Shown piece by piece: positions 38,668 to 51,399 of a stretch of 64,000 nt of DNA. Position numbers and translations under genes: made by a program. Source of the stretch: Octopus vulgaris (lineage: Eukaryota); assembly GCA_951406725.2 (NCBI GenBank), contig OX597817.1, positions 108,748,001 to 108,812,000 of the forward strand, in the 5' to 3' direction. The notes beneath the pieces were generated by a model, which had not been told where the DNA came from, did no database searches, and worked only from the letters and a program-made list of their open reading frames with translations. The stretch's first letter is position 1. Each line of letters opens with the position of its first letter.

Positions 38668-38976
38668 GGCGCAGGAGTGGCTGTGTGGTAAGTAGCTTGT
38701 TTCCCAACCACATGGCACCTTGGGCCAGTAGTCTTCTACTATATCCTCAGGCCGACCAAAGCCTTGTGAGTGGATTTGGTAGACGGAAACTGAAAGAAGC
38801 CCGTCGTGTATATATATATATGTGTGTGTGTGTGTGTCTGTGTTTGTCCCCGATAGAAAAAGCACTAGGCTTCCAAAGAATAAGTCCTGAGGTCGATTTG
38901 TTCGACTAAAGCCGGTGCTTCAGCATGGCAGCAGTCAAATGACTGAAACAAGTAAAAGAGTAAAAGAGAAAAGAGT
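38668..38976 (+). mobile_element. SINE family A with internal deletions
   Basis: ggcgcaggagtggctgtgtggtaag...gtaaaagagtaaaagag tail. Confidence 0.9.
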
Positions 38977-39235
38977 ATATAAAAATAAACAAAAGACAGC
39001 ACGTCACAAATCTTCCAAGTCTACTGTTTAAATGTACGCATAGTTTTGCTGTAAAAACGTTAGTTTTACAGCTACAGACACTGGGCTGCTGGGCTTGAAT
39101 ACACTACGTAGAAACTTTGGCAAGTGTCTTCTACCACAAGCACATTTGACAAAATAACTTTTGAGTATAACTTAATGAAAGAAGATGTCTGATTTTAGTA
39201 ATATTGTGAGAGTGTAACATATGTGTGTGTGTATC

Positions 39236-39437
39236 TCTTTTACTCTTTCACTGTTTTACATGTTTCAGGCATTTTATTGCGGCTATGCTGGAGCAACACC
39301 TTTAGTCGAACAAATCAACCCCAGGACTTATTCTTTGTAAGCCCAGTACTTTTTCTATCGGTCGTCGAACCGCTAAGTTTCGGGGACATAAACATACCAG
39401 CATCGGTTGTCAAGCGATAGTAGGTGGGACAAACACA

Positions 39438-39492
<55 letters not shown>

Positions 39493-39647
39493 CGGGTTTT
39501 CTTTCATTTTCTGTCTACCAAATCGACTCACAAGAATATGGTCGGTTCAAGGATATATTAGAAGACACGTACTACCCAAGGTGCTACACAGCGGGACTGA
39601 ACCTAGAACCATGTGGTTGAGAAGTATGCTTCTTACCACACAGCCAC
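39236..39647 (-). mobile_element. SINE family A
   Basis: Reverse-complement match with internal (CA)n. Confidence 0.88.
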
Positions 39648-39679
<32 letters not shown>

Positions 39680-39849
39680 AGTGTGATATATCTATGTGTT
39701 GTTATATAGGCAAACTCGTGTTGAGGTCACCTAAAGTTACGGGATTTCGAGATACAACCAATATCGAACTCGGATAAGTTTAAGAATCTAAATACTACAT
39801 TTTTTCTTCTTAGCCCAAATATGTCACTTCTCGGTGTTTTCGCAAAACT

Positions 39850-40900
39850 CAAATTATAATGATAATTTATAATTAAAATTTTGCAAAATTCGCATTCGCG
39901 TCCAAAGTTGTCGTTTGTTTTTTCTTAAGTCATTCAGTGTCTCACCCAGTCTTTCAGCTGAAAACCCGTGAGCCGTTGCGCATCCATCTTGCACACTTGA
40001 CAAATTTCCAATATAATTGCCAATATTGCAACCATTTGAATGTAAAGCTTTTATGCCTAAAGAAGGCTTGTGCATAGAAATAGCAGTTCTCGCACCAACG
40101 AGAATTGATGGAGCTATGCCAGAAAAGATTACAGTGAAGGCGAGTTTCTATTATATTCTGACTAATATGATGCTGACAAGAAATGTTTTGCCAGTTCTTT
40201 CAAGGGTGTCAAAGAAAAAATATTATGGATTACTGTGCACAATCTAATCGAACCACTTTGTTATTGGCATACACATCAAATGAAAAAAAAAAAATTATAT
40301 AGCGCTTCCCTGAAAATTCTGAAAATCTTATAAATCTAGGATGTCTTTAAGGGACTGCGTGCAAAAAACGTTTAAAGTTTCCATACACTCACTAAACGAA
40401 ATTCATTTACAAAAGTGAAGAAGATATATCTTGCTATGAAGTGAATTCGAGGGATGACTATGCTGCTCGCTTGTTGATACATGATGTCATCAGGTGGATG
40501 GCATAAGGAGTAGGAATTGCAAACAAATGACGAAGTTTTGGTAGAAACTTGTGGGAAATAGCATCCTCTTGTGTCTTATTCCAGTTGCAATCATATTCTG
40601 CCAGCCCGAGCAAGTGGTTTACTTTTTTTGTAAGGTGCAGGATCGATTTTGTAAGGTACTGCGTTCAGTGATTCAATCCAAGGCAGAGCCTTTTAACGTG
40701 AAGAAACTTTCGATACATATAAAAACATTTCTCATTACTTGGAAAATTCTCATAAACGCGTTCACGCGATTCACTCATTCGAGTAGCCAAATGTTTCCTG
40801 GAAGCAGTTTCTTTACTGATGTCAAATATAGTAAAGGAGAACAGCGTAGAAGAATAGTGGGGAAAATTTATGAGTTTTACATCGTTGAAGAATGCTTTAC
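39850..40900 (-). pseudogene. Heavily decayed coding relic, possibly a MULE/FAR1-type transposase
   Basis: Fragments YMYRKF, TRGC, HSHPL, PSILVG..TAI, H..NI in different frames; weak motif resemblance only. Confidence 0.3.
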
Positions 40901-42422
40901 ACATGCATACACACTCACGCACGTGCTCGCGGACGCAAAAAATGGCTCTCGATCAGAAAGTCGACTGTGGCTTTTCAAGTGAACTTCCTGTGTATTGAAT
41001 AAACCGAGTATTCCACAAAAATTCACGCACATTTATTATCGTTAATCCAATAATTACAAATATCCACCTATTAAGGATGTTTTTAATCTTGAAGTGTGCA
41101 GCACTGAATTATTTAGATTTTTAAATTAGTTTACTATTGAAAAAGCATGTGGACAATTTCTACCGTAGAAATATTGTAGTTCAGTTACATTATCCATAAC
41201 AGATACAATATGTGACAGTCAATTCCAACTGAATTCCAGTTGAAAATATAGAAACTCTTGACCCCCTGCAATAAAATGTACGTCTTAAACTACTAACTCA
41301 TTCTTTGAATATTAACTATGTTTCTTACATAACAGCAAAGAAAATTTAAGAAAGCCATATGAGAAGTAAAGGACTTCATACCTATCTGAGTATCGTTATG
41401 TATGTAAGAAATGAAAGTAATATTCGTAGCAACAGCAATAACATTACTTTTGATGAAAAATCAGCAATGGCAACTGAAAATACAAGCAGCATATTTCTTG
41501 GGATAAGCACGCTCAAAGTCTTTTATAATGCTGTTTATGAATTAAAAATAGAAAGTAAAAATGAGGTTATGTCATAGTCAAGAACCTGAAAGCGCAATGA
41601 CATTTCCAAACAAGATTTAAGCAATTTCATTTTCCTTGTGCAATTTCATTACCCAATGGTTTGCTTGTAACCAACTCGCGCTTTTATTAATGTCAAAGGC
41701 GATGTATCCTTTCTTTCTAAAGATGACAGAGTGTGAATTAAAGAATATTTCGTAGCTATTTCAAGCAGATCGAGTGGTCAGGTAGAAGCTCCATCAATAA
41801 GTGGGTAACAGAATTGTTAGATTATAGATGTGTAAGAAATAAAAAGAAATAATCTTATGTTGTCGATAGACGTTTGTTTAATGTGAAATCCTCATAATAG
41901 TTTTTCTGTAACATAGTTTCTATAAAGTCTGCGTAAATCTTTGAACAGTCCACCAGATGATTTATCAGTAATACTGAAAATAACACACATAAATTCAATT
42001 AAAGTTTTGAACAATCTACTGATCTGTCTTCAGAAATGAACAACCATATTGACTTTACTCTGACAAGCAGACTAATATATCTGTCACTGGCACTTCCTGC
42101 GCAGCTACTGTTGACCATATTCTTCCTTTACGAAACATGCTGATATAAGTCTACGTAGATGATATATTATGGCAATATATTCGTTTTTCTGTACATATTT
42201 ATTTGTTTTGTTTTGTTTAGTTGGTGTCTTAGCAAATAATGTCGCAAATTCTGTATTTTGTTTAGCGAATTTTCCAAGCAGACTGTACAAACGCCTATTC
42301 TGTGAGTTTAGACACAACTGTGTAGTTACAAAGGTCATCTCGCAAATGCATGGTTCCTGGTTTGATTCCACTGCGCAGTACTTGGGCAGATATCTAATTT
42401 GATCTCGGATACCTTGAGAATG

Positions 42423-42525
<103 letters not shown>

Positions 42526-42626
42526 CGTGCGTATATGTGCGAATGCATTATGCATGCATAAGTATATATATATATATATATATATATAAATATATGCTCA
42601 AAATAAACAAGAATGACTCCGTTAAT

Positions 42627-42709
42627 TTGGTACAGTCGTTTCGTACTACATCATTTTATTAAATGTTTGTATTACAACAGATTTAAGATGCTGAGTACTC
42701 ATCAGCCAA
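42627..42709 (-). ncRNA. Canonical hammerhead, mirror copy
   Basis: Reverse complement of 42793-42874 with an intact core. Confidence 0.85.
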
Positions 42710-42792
42710 TTATAGACTTTTTAAATAAAACATTTGTATTAATAAACTTTTGTATTAAATAAAACTTTTGTATTAATGGAAAACCTCTATAA

Positions 42793-42874
42793 TTGGCTGA
42801 TGAGTACTCAGCATCTTAAATCTGTTGTAATACAACATTGAATAAAATGATGTAGTACGAAACGACTGTACCAA
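42793..42874 (+). ncRNA. Canonical minimal type-I hammerhead ribozyme
   Basis: ttgg CTGATGA gtact...agtac GAAA cgactg TA ccaa. Confidence 0.85.
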
Positions 42875-43006
42875 ATTAACGGAGTCATTCTTGTTGCTTA
42901 TTTTGATTATAATCACCCCACAATTTTTTATGGATAACACCATACAAAATTCTGGTGCATCTAAATTAAGTACCATATTCATTGGAATCTAAATTTTTGC
43001 TGAACT

Positions 43007-43037
<31 letters not shown>

Positions 43038-44074
43038 GTATGCATCACGTCCTCGTGTTGTTGTTTTTTTCTTCATTTTTTTATTGATTATATATTAAGG
43101 ATGCTACAAGTGGTACCAGTATGCTAAAAATAGCAGCCAGAAGACGACTACAACCACAAATTTTCACTGATAAATATTAATTGAAATCGGGGGAAATGAG
43201 CAGAAATTCTAAGCCTTCGTACCAATAACGAAAAGAAACGTAAATATAATTTGTTCTTTGTACATTTTGTTGCATAAATAAGAATTTTAAACTAGATCTC
43301 TGGTAATTTCTGGAAGAGATTTGAAACCACCGCGTATGTGTTGTATTACTACTTCTCAACACTCATGCCAGCTGATCAACCGAAGTAGCAACGACCTTTA
43401 TTGGAAAATTAAGATACTTAAATTTGACGCATGTATCGCGCAAGAGAGAGAGAGGAAGTGAGAAAGAAAGAGAGAGAGAATGAGAGGGAGTGGCTGAATT
43501 CCTTTGAATTCCTTTCTACGATTGAACTGAAATTGACCCCTGGCTATTAAAGGCCCAACCACACACACACACACGCACACACACACACACACATACACAG
43601 ACATACACACGCTCACATATTTGTTTTACGTCTTCTATCCATTTAAATTCGGCCATATATCAGATAACATGTTAAGTCTTATGTTCCGAAATTTAAATTT
43701 TCAATTTGTTTTATTTATAAAATTACACCTAGGCTAAAAACATCGTTTGGTTTTCGAATACAACCTTTTCTTTCTCTATATTTTTGTTAAGTCACAATTC
43801 CTCTATTTTGGTCAGGATTTTTCCTATTTCCCTTTTCTTGTCTCAAGTAATGGATGAAAGCATTAAAAAAATAAAATTCATAGAGCCGAACAAAATAAAA
43901 ACATATCAATTCTATTTTTCCCTTTCCTTAATACTAACAAGAGCATAATATGAGAGAGATTTAGCTGTTATTTCTAGCAAATTGAACAACCACAGAGAGT
44001 TGTTCAATTGGCTCATTTGTTGTGTATATGTGAACAAAAACTAAAAGACACACACACACACAAATATGAATGTG

Positions 44075-44240
44075 CGTTTATCCCCCACCACCACCATTGC
44101 TTGACAATCGACGTTGGTGTGTTTGTGTCCTAGTAATTTAGCTGTCCAGCAGAAGGGACTGATAGAATAAGTACCAGGCTTACAGGGGTAAATTTCTTTG
44201 ACTAAAGGGTGGTGCTCTAGCTTGGCCACCGTCAAATGCA
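44075..44240 (+). mobile_element. Decayed SINE family A, 3' part
   Basis: ttgcttgacaatcgacgttggtgtg...gatagaataagtaccaggcttaca. Confidence 0.75.
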
Positions 44241-45539
44241 AATTCACTGCAGTTTCCGTGGAGAAAAAATACTCTCTTATGCGAAAAATGTAAAAATGCC
44301 ATATCTACCAACTAGTTCCTCCAATCGGATTCCCAGACGGCCGTTTCTGGTTCTTTAGCTTTCCTTAAACAGGAAATAGCGAAGAGAGATAACCATGGCC
44401 AGATTCAAAGCCGTAGTTTTAACTACAAAACTTCGGCCGCCTGGTCGGAATAAATATAACAGCATGTGTTCTGGTTACTATAACAATACCAGCCTGCAGA
44501 TGTCACTTTCATCCCTACCACATCTGAAAAACAACCCATTTCCTTCCCTCGCTTTTCCCCATGTCCTGAAGAAGTGTTCATAGCTCCGAAGTATAGAAAT
44601 ATAAGGACAAATTTCAACTTTGTTTTCTTTTCTTTTGTAGATTACTTTATATCTACTCGCATTGTTCCGGCCTTATCCAACATGTCTGTGTGTGTATGTG
44701 TATATATAAGACTATCTACATTTGTGTTTGCTGGTGATGGGAGGTGTATGTCAGTGTGAGCTCAAATGAAGTTATAGTGAGTAGTTAATATGTTTCCTTT
44801 AGAATCATGAGAATCCAGATTCAATATCTCTATGCGGCAATTCTAATATGACCTGGGTTCACTACAACCCGTTTAAATGAAATTGGGCCAACAAAAGTTG
44901 AGGAAACCCGTCAGGTAAACTAAAGTCAGTCTTGTGAAGAGCAGTGTCACACATACTCTATTTGAAATTCAGGTCAGGGGTGCCAGTGAGTGTGAGTGAA
45001 AGGCTCAACAAATTACAACATAATACAATTAGTAATTCCATTGACTGAACTCACATAATACAGAAATGCAGACTTCAGGGCTCAAAGGGACGTGTACTAT
45101 TAACTTTGATTCATGAACTAATATGTGGTATTAAATATACGACACGAGCAGGACCGTAAATAAAAATGTAGGATTCTTGAAGAACTGTAACTAGAGATGA
45201 GCCTAATTTTCCTTTTATGACAATCTGCTTCCACTCTTAGAGAAGTTCCAAACAGTACAGCCTCACTACATAAACAAAATAATTAAATATATGATATATG
45301 ATTGTTTAACACTCGAACTTGAAACAAGATAAGACTGTCAATTTTATTAAGAGTATAGTATTGATTATCAGGTAGTGCACACAATAACATCAATGTGAAA
45401 ATACAAACCAATTCGATATATATGAAATTTAAAACATATACACAGCAACAATGACCCATGGTGTATTACGCTATTAAGTGCTCCCTTTGCAGTCATGTTT
45501 GAAACTACACAAGCAAGCAAAACTATTCACCTCAGTTTC

Positions 45540-46060
45540 AGCAATACGTACACACAGTCGCCATATGCAAAAAATCCGATCACTCCAAGCTAGTAAGATG
45601 TTCCTTCCAATACTCTAAAGCATCTTCAATGAACTGTTGAATATTTCTCTCCTTACTGGAATTAACTCCGATCTGCACAATAGCCGGAGAACAGAGACGT
45701 CATGGTTTTTGATGGGACACCTTTGTTAACAGCTACTTGGAAAATAGTTTTAAACTCCATCAAATCTTTGTGTTCCTCTCCATTCTCAGTGGCGATCATA
45801 AGAACTTTCGTACAGTTAGGTATATCTGAGCATATCTCTCCTATTTTACTTATAAGAAACCCCACCTCCCTTGCAATCTGGAAAGCAGTTGACATTAGCA
45901 AGAATTCATTTTTAGCCTTCTCCAGCTTTTTGCATATCTCTTCCATCCAGCCCCCTAGGTACACCCATTTCCTAACACCTCTAATGTATTTTATTTCTCA
46001 AGTTGCAAACTAAATCTCTTGGACAACTTCCCATCGAACTGCAACTATTTTGATCTCATT
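45540..46060 (-). pseudogene. Unidentified coding-like relic
   Basis: 100-aa non-repetitive ORF 45662-45964 with protein-like composition, extendable through stop codons. Confidence 0.35.
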
Positions 46061-46374
46061 TTATGTCACGTTTTTGTTGCAAACATCGATCTTAATCTCG
46101 AATACTACATTAACTTTAGCGTTCTTGTCAGTTTAGGACCCAAAACTTTACCTCTTCCCACTAACTTACAGAGAACAATAAATCATACGATTAATCAGCC
46201 TTGTTAAAGCTGTGATTTTAAAAATAGAAAACATTCTATTAACAAAATAATTGAAAAGATAACAAAGAGTAAAACTGAAAAGATATCTAAGAGTAAAATT
46301 TGACACATTTCCATAATAATTTTTATATTCTACGCAAGCTTAGCCTATTGATTCTATTTTATATATGGATTCCT

Positions 46375-46697
46375 TGGCGTGCGACTTTGTGCTTTGGGTA
46401 TTCGGCTCATGATCATAAGGTCATGAGTTCGATTCCCAGCGGCGAGTTGTGTCCTGGAGCAAGACAATTTATTACACGGTGTTCCATTCCACTTCAGATG
46501 GCAAAAGTGAACGGCTTCTGTATTTCAGTGGGCCAGCCTAGTTTCATTCTGTGTCACGTTGAATCCCTCTGCGGTCTACATTAAAGGTCCGCGTTCGTTG
46601 AAGGGCTCTGCCAATTGCACGGGAATTTTACGAGCAGGCTGTTCCGTTGATCGGATCAGCTGGAACCCTCCTCATCATAACTGACAGAGTGCCAGTT
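46375..46697 (+). mobile_element. SINE family D
   Basis: gagttcgattccc B-box, gtgtcctggagcaagacaattt core, tail gagtgccagtt. Confidence 0.8.
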
Positions 46698-47730
46698 TGT
46701 TCCAAGGAACAAACGCATTTGGAGGCAGTATTACAGATATTTTTTGTCATATTCCCCTTTAACTTATTTACTTTAAGCTGCTATTGGTATATTTTATTTA
46801 CTTTTGAATACGTGACAGTTTGCAAGTTTCGGAACTCTCTAAAACTGAGAACTGTTTATTCTTAAACTTGTTCAGCCTATAACACTTTTATAATATGGCA
46901 TAGTCGTTAGTCCATTGGATAGAATGCTTTGAGATTGTACTTGGTCGGCATATTGGAATTTCGAGTCTGCCGAGATAAAATTGCCCTTTATGCATTCAGA
47001 TTCGAAAACTAAGATACCAGTCAGATTCTGGGACCCTTTTTGCGTCATTTTCTTCTCTCGCTTTGCTTTCTTTTTCTCTCTCCACCGATTACTCTCTGGC
47101 CCTCAGAATCAGTTACATTGAAGTAACAGAAAAATAAGCAATCGTATCACGACCTATTTATTTTTTTATCACCACCACCAGCACAACTCTGTAGATTCAA
47201 TAATAGAGAAATATACTGCGGCTTTATGATATAGGGACTAGCACTTTAATATCATATGAATTTATTTAAAACTCATATTCAGTAAGCTTAAATTGCTGAC
47301 ACCAGACTTCTATTCACCTGAGATATACTTTCATTTATTTTGCCATAAGATTTCCCATTGGCCATACTACTTTCATTGACATTTTCCAACGGTTTTGTGT
47401 TAGAAACGGACGCATTAAATAGTTCCCATGTTTTATTCACAAGAAAAACAAGCATTCACCATGAATATTATTACGAATATCAGTTCCTGTCTATGTTGCT
47501 ATAGTATATTTTATAATTTCATATTTAACTTAAAACTTGTAAAATTGCACTTGACCATTAGTCTATATATCACTAAAGTGGGTGAAAGGATGCGGGAGTA
47601 TTGGTATAAGATGAACACACATTCAAAGTGAAGGGAGAGAAGGGAGAGAAAGAAAGAGGCGATGAGGATAATCACTAGCTACACATACACAAACATAAGG
47701 AGAGAGTTAGACATACATATATATATATAT

Positions 47731-47956
47731 TACGGAGATGTACTTGCATAGCAAGTGATTTGATCTGAGATCGTATGCTGAAACGAAAACAATTGCAGCG
47801 TGGAAGGTGTTTGTAAGCCAGCACGGATTTTTGTCAGTGAACAGGTCGCGGTCTTAAAGCGACGAAAATATTTTGACAAATTAAACTTAAATGTTGAAGT
47901 GAATCGAACGATTTTGTGTGTTTCTTAATTGGCTTACAAACACCTTCCACGCTGCA

Positions 47957-47960
<4 letters not shown>
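47731..47960. mobile_element. PLE-like short element with a 31-bp perfect inverted duplication, between (TA)n tracts
   Basis: 47790-47820 is inverted against 47930-47960; same family as 6422-6683. Confidence 0.8.
47830..47880 (+). ncRNA. Hammerhead motif, G3-C8 variant
   Basis: tttgtca GTGAACA g gtcgc..gcgac GAAA atat TT tgacaaa; 7-bp stem I, 5-bp stem II. Confidence 0.78.
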
Positions 47961-48000
<40 letters not shown>

Positions 48001-48260
48001 GAAATAAGGTACTCAGAAATCTGCATGGTTTTATATTTACAGACATTTATTAATATGTAATATGTTTTTATAAACATGTAGATTGGAGCAATCTCAAGAA
48101 TAATCAGCCGATATTGCGAGGATAATCTGGTTCTAGACTGAAGGTAGAAAACTTCGAATGATCCGTTCTTGTTTTCTTTGTATCGTCTATCTGGATGTTT
48201 TTGTCACTTTTTGTATCACCTAGTTTTCCGGATGTTTTGCGTTCTTGTCCCATTTTGTAT

Positions 48261-48321
<61 letters not shown>

Positions 48322-49103
48322 GTGTGTGTGTGTTTGTGTATGTGTATGTGTGTGTGTGTGTATTATACTTTGTCTCGATCTGTTACCATTTTTTAAAACA
48401 AATCCGTTAGATTTTATTCTTATTTTTATGTTAGTTTACTGCACATATAGACGTACATACACTTTGATATGTTTGTCTTTTATTCTCTTTCGTCTCTCTT
48501 ACTATTATTATTATTATTGTTATTTTTTCCATGTTACAACTTGCTTGTAAATATCCGATTTTTCCCTATTACCCCATTTGTATTCCCTCTTATTGTATCT
48601 TATTTTTATTTACTTTATTTTATTAAACCTTTTTTGGTGTCCTTACAAATATTCTTCACACTAATGAAAATGACAATGCATAAATTGAATAATAATTACT
48701 ATGGTTATAATTTTTTCTTACATATTTGTATTGTCCTTTGTAACGCGCGTATATATTGAATCCTATTTTGTATCAAATCTAATTTTGATTCAACATCTTT
48801 TTCTCCTCCATTTTCTATAATTGTTTATGGCATATTTATACTTATAACGACATTTTTCAACTACTATTTTATTATTGTTTTTACTTTGACTGTTTTTCAT
48901 GAATGTATCTTTGACTGTTTTTCATGATGTATCTTTATTAGAAAACATACCTTCTCTCTTTTTGAACCTCTCAAGAATTTGAATTGTTATCTTTTGAACT
49001 TATTTCTGCTATATATATTCACTCGTGAATTTCATCACACACAACATGGGCCAAATTTCTTCTTAAGGAAAAAAATATATATATATTAAATAAATAAAAC
49101 ATA

Positions 49104-49138
49104 ATATCATGAATAGCGATAGCGAAACCGGTCAATAT
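49104..49138 (+). ncRNA. Hammerhead motif, A3-U8 variant, near the 3' end of an AT-rich element (about 48365-49195)
   Basis: atatc ATGAATA gc gata gc GAAA ccgg TC aatat. Confidence 0.6.
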
Positions 49139-49192
49139 ATTAAAAAAATATATTAAAACCATGTATGTGTGCGTATTTTCCTTTTTTAATTT

Positions 49193-49252
<60 letters not shown>

Positions 49253-49464
49253 CATACATTCATACATACATACAAAGTATAGGAGTTTAGTTCACAGGGT
49301 CTAAACGATTAGGTATTCTAGGTAAGTGCTGTAACGCATTACTAGGGCTCCGAATTTGTAGCTAAGATGTTAATTATGGGGCCTTTTCAGCTATAGTGGA
49401 TATATAATTGCTAAAGAGGACAACAAACGTTAAGGCGAAGCAAACATCTATGTCCGGCATTCGT

Positions 49465-49797
49465 CATGATAGATCGCAGGCCACTACACATTCTTTATTT
49501 TCTCTCCTTGTTTCTTTCTGTGTTCCTTTCTGTGTAAGTGTGTAGGCTTGAAACGGTAAAGACTTTATCACTTCCCGAGCGTTAAACTAATACATGTGTT
49601 TGTTGTCTACACCACCTGTCTTCGTCTTTTTTTTTTAATTCTTCCCATATATTACACGCTCACATGGTCGCACCAGTTCATCCTGTCTCCTCTCATTACC
49701 CAACGAACTTTTATACCTTCGCACCATGATAGATCGCTATCCACTACTCATTCTATATTTTTTCTCTTTGTTTCATTCTATGTTCATTTCTGTGGAT
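49465..49797 (+). mobile_element. PLE-like family copy with a partial direct repeat
   Basis: catgatagatcgc...tttctgtg at 49465 and 49725; decayed hammerhead at 49526-49561. Confidence 0.65.
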
Positions 49798-49801
49798 ATG
49801 T

Positions 49802-49856
<55 letters not shown>

Positions 49857-49896
49857 GGTATGTATATATACACACACACATATATATATATTTATA

Positions 49897-49927
<31 letters not shown>

Positions 49928-49975
49928 ATATGTGTGTGTGTTTGTGTGTGTATATATACATATGTATATATATAT

Positions 49976-50020
<45 letters not shown>

Positions 50021-50565
50021 TATACATATATATATGTAGTGTATATATAAATGTGTGTGTGTGTGTGTATAAAATCATATATATTCATGTGTGTGTTACA
50101 GTCGTATAGTTACATAGTTTTATGTGTACACACGCTATATTATACGGACCAGTTACGTAGGTAACTATTCGTCTAAAGAGACACACATTCAAACACACAC
50201 ACACCCCACACACACACACAAACGTATACACACACATGTAGCAAAAAGTACAGTAAAATACCCAAACGCAGTAACACTACACATCAGTCAATAAGTAACA
50301 CTCTATGTCATTGCACAAACGTCTAGAAATAATAAACTCAATCGTATCACATCGCGCATTTATAAATTATGTTTTATCTCTGAAAACAATTAAGTTTGAA
50401 AATAAAACAGAGGGATATTTACGGCTGAAATCAGTTAATGATGAATATATTTATGGGATAAATCTGATTTGGATCTACACAGTAATTACTGCAACAAAAT
50501 CTATCCAGACTTAGAGATTTATGTCATCAAACGCGTCTTATAATTCATTTAATAATAAAAATAAA

Positions 50566-50613
<48 letters not shown>

Positions 50614-51141
50614 ATGTTTATATATATATATATATGTGTATGTATATGTTTATATATATATATATATATGCATATATGGGTACAGGACGTATGCATGTAT
50701 GTGTGTACGTATGCATGTATGCATGTATGTATGCAAGCATGCATGTATGTATGTAAGTATGCGTGTGTGTGTATATATATATATATATGTACGCGCAGAA
50801 ACACATGCAGAAACACAAACAGACAAGTATACGTACCCCCACGTACACACGAACATACATACACACACATACATACATATAAACATAGATAGATACATAC
50901 ATACATGATGACTGCCTCCTCGTTATCGAGAATGGTCATTGCACGAGGCTTAACTGTTAACGGCGCTGTGATCGAATATGACTTTTTAGCCCACATGCAA
51001 TCATACATTTCTATATATGTATGTATTTTTGTGCGTGTGTGTGTGCGTGCGGATGTATGTTTGTTTGTGTTTCTGTGCGTGTGCGTGCGTATGTGTGTTT
51101 GTGCTTATATATATAAATATATACATATTTATAGTTACATA

Positions 51142-51301
<160 letters not shown>

Positions 51302-51399
51302 TATATAAATATACATACATATATATTTACATAAACGCATGAATGCATACATACACACATACGTACTCATGCACATACGATGACACACAGATTCTGCTG

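Larger units (their letters stand above)
42606..42895. repeat. Inverted repeat of about 110 bp with a 71-bp spacer, PLE-type
   Basis: 42606-42715 is a near-perfect reverse complement of 42787-42895. Confidence 0.95.

Noticed and set aside
41860-42160. Possible minus-strand exons with a good acceptor near 41975
   Set aside because: All frames close quickly and no recognisable protein results
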